From: an uncultured Trueperaceae bacterium
Lineage (GTDB): Bacteria; Deinococcota; Deinococci; Deinococcales; Trueperaceae
Length of the DNA: 64,000 bases
Direction: 5' to 3'
NCBI GenBank assembly: GCA_963727505.1
Contig: CAVSGP010000009.1
Span: forward strand, 32,001 to 96,000
The position numbers and the translations under genes were made by a program. The notes beneath the pieces were generated by a model, which searched no databases, was not told where the DNA came from, and saw only the letters and a program-made list of their open reading frames with translations. Of the stretch, positions 61,441 to 64,000 are shown piece by piece; the first letter of the stretch is position 1; each line of letters opens with the position of its first letter.

Positions 61441-61509
61441 GAATCCGCGTGAATGCTCGCAGTATCTACCGGAATCCGCAAGAAGTCAAGGATGTGTATG
61501 CGGATTCCG
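61441..61509 (-). promoter_or_regulatory. Promoter region with repeated GAATCCGC sites, putative Lrp/AsnC operators
   Basis: GAATCCGC at 61441 and 61472; 11-bp inverted repeat 61470-80/61499-509 flanking TTGACT (61489-84); GATACT 17 bp downstream. Confidence 0.58.
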
Positions 61510-61560
61510 CAACACAGGCCCCTGATCCTTGCGCGTGCAGCGACAGGACGGGAGGGGCGT

Positions 61561-63249
61561 TCAGCGCAACCCGGTCACGGCTCCGTTCTCGTCCACCCGC
61601 ATGTGGCGGGCCGCGGGGTCCCGGGGCAGACCCGGCATGGTCATGATGCGACCCATCAGCGCCACCAGGTACCCAGCTCCCACCGCCGGACGCACCTCGC
61701 TGACCGTGAGGGTCATCCCCTCGACCAGGCCCCCCGCCTTGGGGTCGTCCGAGAACGACAGGTGTGTCTTGGCGATGCACACGGGAAGGCGATCCAGGCC
61801 CGCGCCTTCCAGCGCTTCGAGGTCGCGACAGGCCGCGTCGCTCAGGACGACGTCTCCCGCGCCGTAGACGGTGCGCGCCACGGCGTTCACCTTCGCCTGG
61901 AACGGCGCGTCCTCCCGGTAGAGGAAACGGGGCTCGCCGGGTTCGTCGCCCATCTCGTGGAGCGCCTCCAGCACGACCGAGGCGAGGTCTTCGGCGCCGG
62001 CACCTCCGTCCGCGAAGGCGGTGATGCGCGCGCAGCGGACGCCGAGGCTCGCGGCGTGGCGTTCGAGCATCGCGAGGTCGGACTCCGCGTCCCCTTCGAA
62101 AACATTGACGGCGACCACGGTCTGGAGCCCGAAGGCGCGCACGCTGGCGAGTTGCCGGTCGAGGTGCCTGAGGCCCCGCGCGAGATCGCCGTCACCGTGG
62201 GACGCCAACGCCCGTACCGTCGCGACCATCACCACCAGGTGCGGCCACAACCCTGCCTGGCGCGCCTTGAGGTGCAGGAACTTCTCACCGCCAAGGTCGA
62301 AACCGAAGCCGGCCTCGGTCACCACCACGTCGGCGTGCCGTAGCGCGAGACGCGTGCCCAGGACGCTCGAGCAGCCGTGCGCGATGTTGCCGAAGGGTCC
62401 GGTGTGGACGATGGCGGGCGAGCCTTCGCCGGTCTGCACGAGGTTGGGGCGCAACGCCTCGCGCAGCACCACCAACATGGCGTCGGTCGCGCCCAGCTCT
62501 TCGACGGTGACGGGCTCGCCGTTCTCGCGCCAGCCGACCACAGTGCGGGCCAGACGGACGCGCAGGTCCTGCAGCGACTCGGCGAGCGCGAGCACGGCCA
62601 TGATCTCACTGGCGGCGGTGATGTCGAAGCGGGTCTTGCGCTCGGCGCGCCGACCAGCCGCCACCAGCACGCTCCGGAGCGCCCGATCGTCGACGTCGAG
62701 CACGCGTGGCCACGTGACGTGCGCGCGATCGAGCCCACGGGCCTGGCCGAAGTGGAGGTCGCTGTCGATCATCGCGGCCAGCAGGTTGTGGGCGCTGGTG
62801 ATGGCGTGCAGATCGCCGGTGAAGTGCAGGTTGATGTCGTCCGATGGCTCGACCCTGGCCCTGCCGCCGCCGGTGCCGCCTCCCTTGGCGCCGAACAACG
62901 GGCCCAGCGAGGGCTCCCGGAGGCATACCGCGCCGGCCGCGCCGAGCCGCCGCAGGCCGTCGGTGAGACCCACGCTGACGGTGGTCTTGCCTTCGCCTGG
63001 GGGGGTGGGCATGATGGCGGTGACCAGCACCAGCCTGCCGGGCCGACCGGAGCGCGCGCCGTCGGCGGTTGGGTCGATCTTGGCTTTGTGGAGGCCGTAG
63101 GGGGTGACGCTGCCGGGTTCGAGACCGAGTTCGCGTGCAACGTCGACGATGGGACGTAGCGATGAAGGTTCCACGGTTGCCGCTAGCCTAGGACGTTCGT
63201 CGTCGCGCGTGCCAGTGCGAACGTCCCGGTGAAGGGGCGGACTCGCCAT
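61561..63249 (-). CDS. fhs: Formate--tetrahydrofolate ligase
   Basis: [47 protein letters not shown] and MPGLP; start uncertain (alternative GTG at 63174). Confidence 0.94.
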   Translation of the reverse strand: MASPPLHRDVRTGTRDDERPRLAATVEPSSLRPIVDVARELGLEPGSVTPYGLHKAKIDPTADGARSGRPGRLVLVTAIMPTPPGEGKTTVSVGLTDGLRRLGAAGAVCLREPSLGPLFGAKGGGTGGGRARVEPSDDINLHFTGDLHAITSAHNLLAAMIDSDLHFGQARGLDRAHVTWPRVLDVDDRALRSVLVAAGRRAERKTRFDITAASEIMAVLALAESLQDLRVRLARTVVGWRENGEPVTVEELGATDAMLVVLREALRPNLVQTGEGSPAIVHTGPFGNIAHGCSSVLGTRLALRHADVVVTEAGFGFDLGGEKFLHLKARQAGLWPHLVVMVATVRALASHGDGDLARGLRHLDRQLASVRAFGLQTVVAVNVFEGDAESDLAMLERHAASLGVRCARITAFADGGAGAEDLASVVLEALHEMGDEPGEPRFLYREDAPFQAKVNAVARTVYGAGDVVLSDAACRDLEALEGAGLDRLPVCIAKTHLSFSDDPKAGGLVEGMTLTVSEVRPAVGAGYLVALMGRIMTMPGLPRDPAARHMRVDENGAVTGLR

Positions 63250-63387
63250 CGCGGGAGGCTTGCGCGCGGACGCGCCAGGCCTCAAACTGACGGAAACGTT
63301 CGCGATCGGTCGTTCGAGCGGGCATCGTGTCGTTCCCATCCCAGGCACCGATGGGCGCGTGCGGGAGCCCGACTCGGAGAGGAGTCG

Positions 63388-64000
63388 ATGATGAGCGGCG
63401 TACGGGTGTTGGTCGGCACACGCAAGGGTGCGTTCATCCTGCAGGCGGACGGCAAGCGCGACCGGTGGGAGGTGCAGGGCCCGCTCTTCCCCGGCTGGGA
63501 GATCTACCATCTCAAAGGGTCGCCGGTCGATCCGAACCGCATCTACGCGGCGCAGAACACCGGCTGGTTCGGCCAACTCATCCAGCGTTCGGACGACGGC
63601 GGCGCGACCTGGACGCCGGTCGGCAACGAGTTCGCCTACCAGGGGGTTCCGGGCACGCACCAGTGGTACGACGGCACGGCGCACCCGTGGGAGTTCAAGC
63701 GGGTATGGCACCTCGAACCTGCGCTCGACGACGCCGACACGGTCTACGCCGGGGTCGAAGACGCGGCGCTGTTCCGGTCCACCGACGGCGGGTCGAGCTG
63801 GCACGAGCTCCCCGGGTTGCGGCAACACGGCTCGGGCGCCCAGTGGCAGCCGGGCGCGGGCGGGATGTGCCTGCACACCATCGTGCTCGATCCCAGCCGA
63901 CCCGAACGTATGTTCATCGCCATCTCGGCCGCCGGCGTGTTCCGCACCGACGACGGAGGTGCCACCTGGCACGCCATGAACCGCGGGCTCCGGTCCGAAG
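63388..64000 (+). CDS. BNR/Asp-box repeat beta-propeller protein, 3'-truncated by window edge
   Basis: Manual translation [16 protein letters not shown]...RSDDGGATW...RSTDGGSSW...[16 protein letters not shown]. Confidence 0.82.
   Translation, partial: MMSGVRVLVGTRKGAFILQADGKRDRWEVQGPLFPGWEIYHLKGSPVDPNRIYAAQNTGWFGQLIQRSDDGGATWTPVGNEFAYQGVPGTHQWYDGTAHPWEFKRVWHLEPALDDADTVYAGVEDAALFRSTDGGSSWHELPGLRQHGSGAQWQPGAGGMCLHTIVLDPSRPERMFIAISAAGVFRTDDGGATWHAMNRGLRSE

Noticed and set aside
63175..63387. ZTP or THF riboswitch upstream of fhs; 9-bp inverted repeat at 63191-99/63218-26
   Set aside because: I could not find the core elements of either aptamer; the inverted repeat may lie inside the fhs coding region depending on the start codon.

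Overview
Gene-dense, GC-rich bacterial chromosomal segment. I recognised no rRNA, tRNA, IS element, prophage or CRISPR array. Several TANNNT -10 boxes 6-8 nt upstream of start codons point to leaderless mRNAs, consistent with Deinococcota or Actinobacteria (inference only). In order, the window holds: a partial cyclic beta-1,2-glucan synthase coupled to a tandem USP; small redox and metal genes; a cupredoxin; betA; DegV; a GlpA-like/FAD oxidoreductase/DUF1667 triad; MarR with a heterodimeric ABC exporter; an S41 peptidase; PBP1A; an NRAMP; a frameshifted NADPH oxidoreductase; citrate synthase; a four-gene Tat-exported DMSO-reductase type II (NarG-like) operon; an ars operon; a GGDEF-RHH protein; TMEM175; lutABC; an MFS transporter; a B12-binding radical SAM enzyme; an Lrp-dpp-M14 peptidase operon; fhs; and a partial BNR-repeat protein. 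Top leads: (1) a periplasmic NarG-like molybdoenzyme with a soluble EbdC-like heme b subunit, (2) a candidate P3-less Moco/Wco riboswitch in its leader whose P1 competes with a terminator-like hairpin (predicted ON switch), (3) a bacterial TIGR04190-like radical SAM enzyme that may be a GDGT ring-synthase homologue, (4) a recurring DosR-like GGGAC-N4-GNCC motif. All family calls come from motif recognition by eye; no searches were run.
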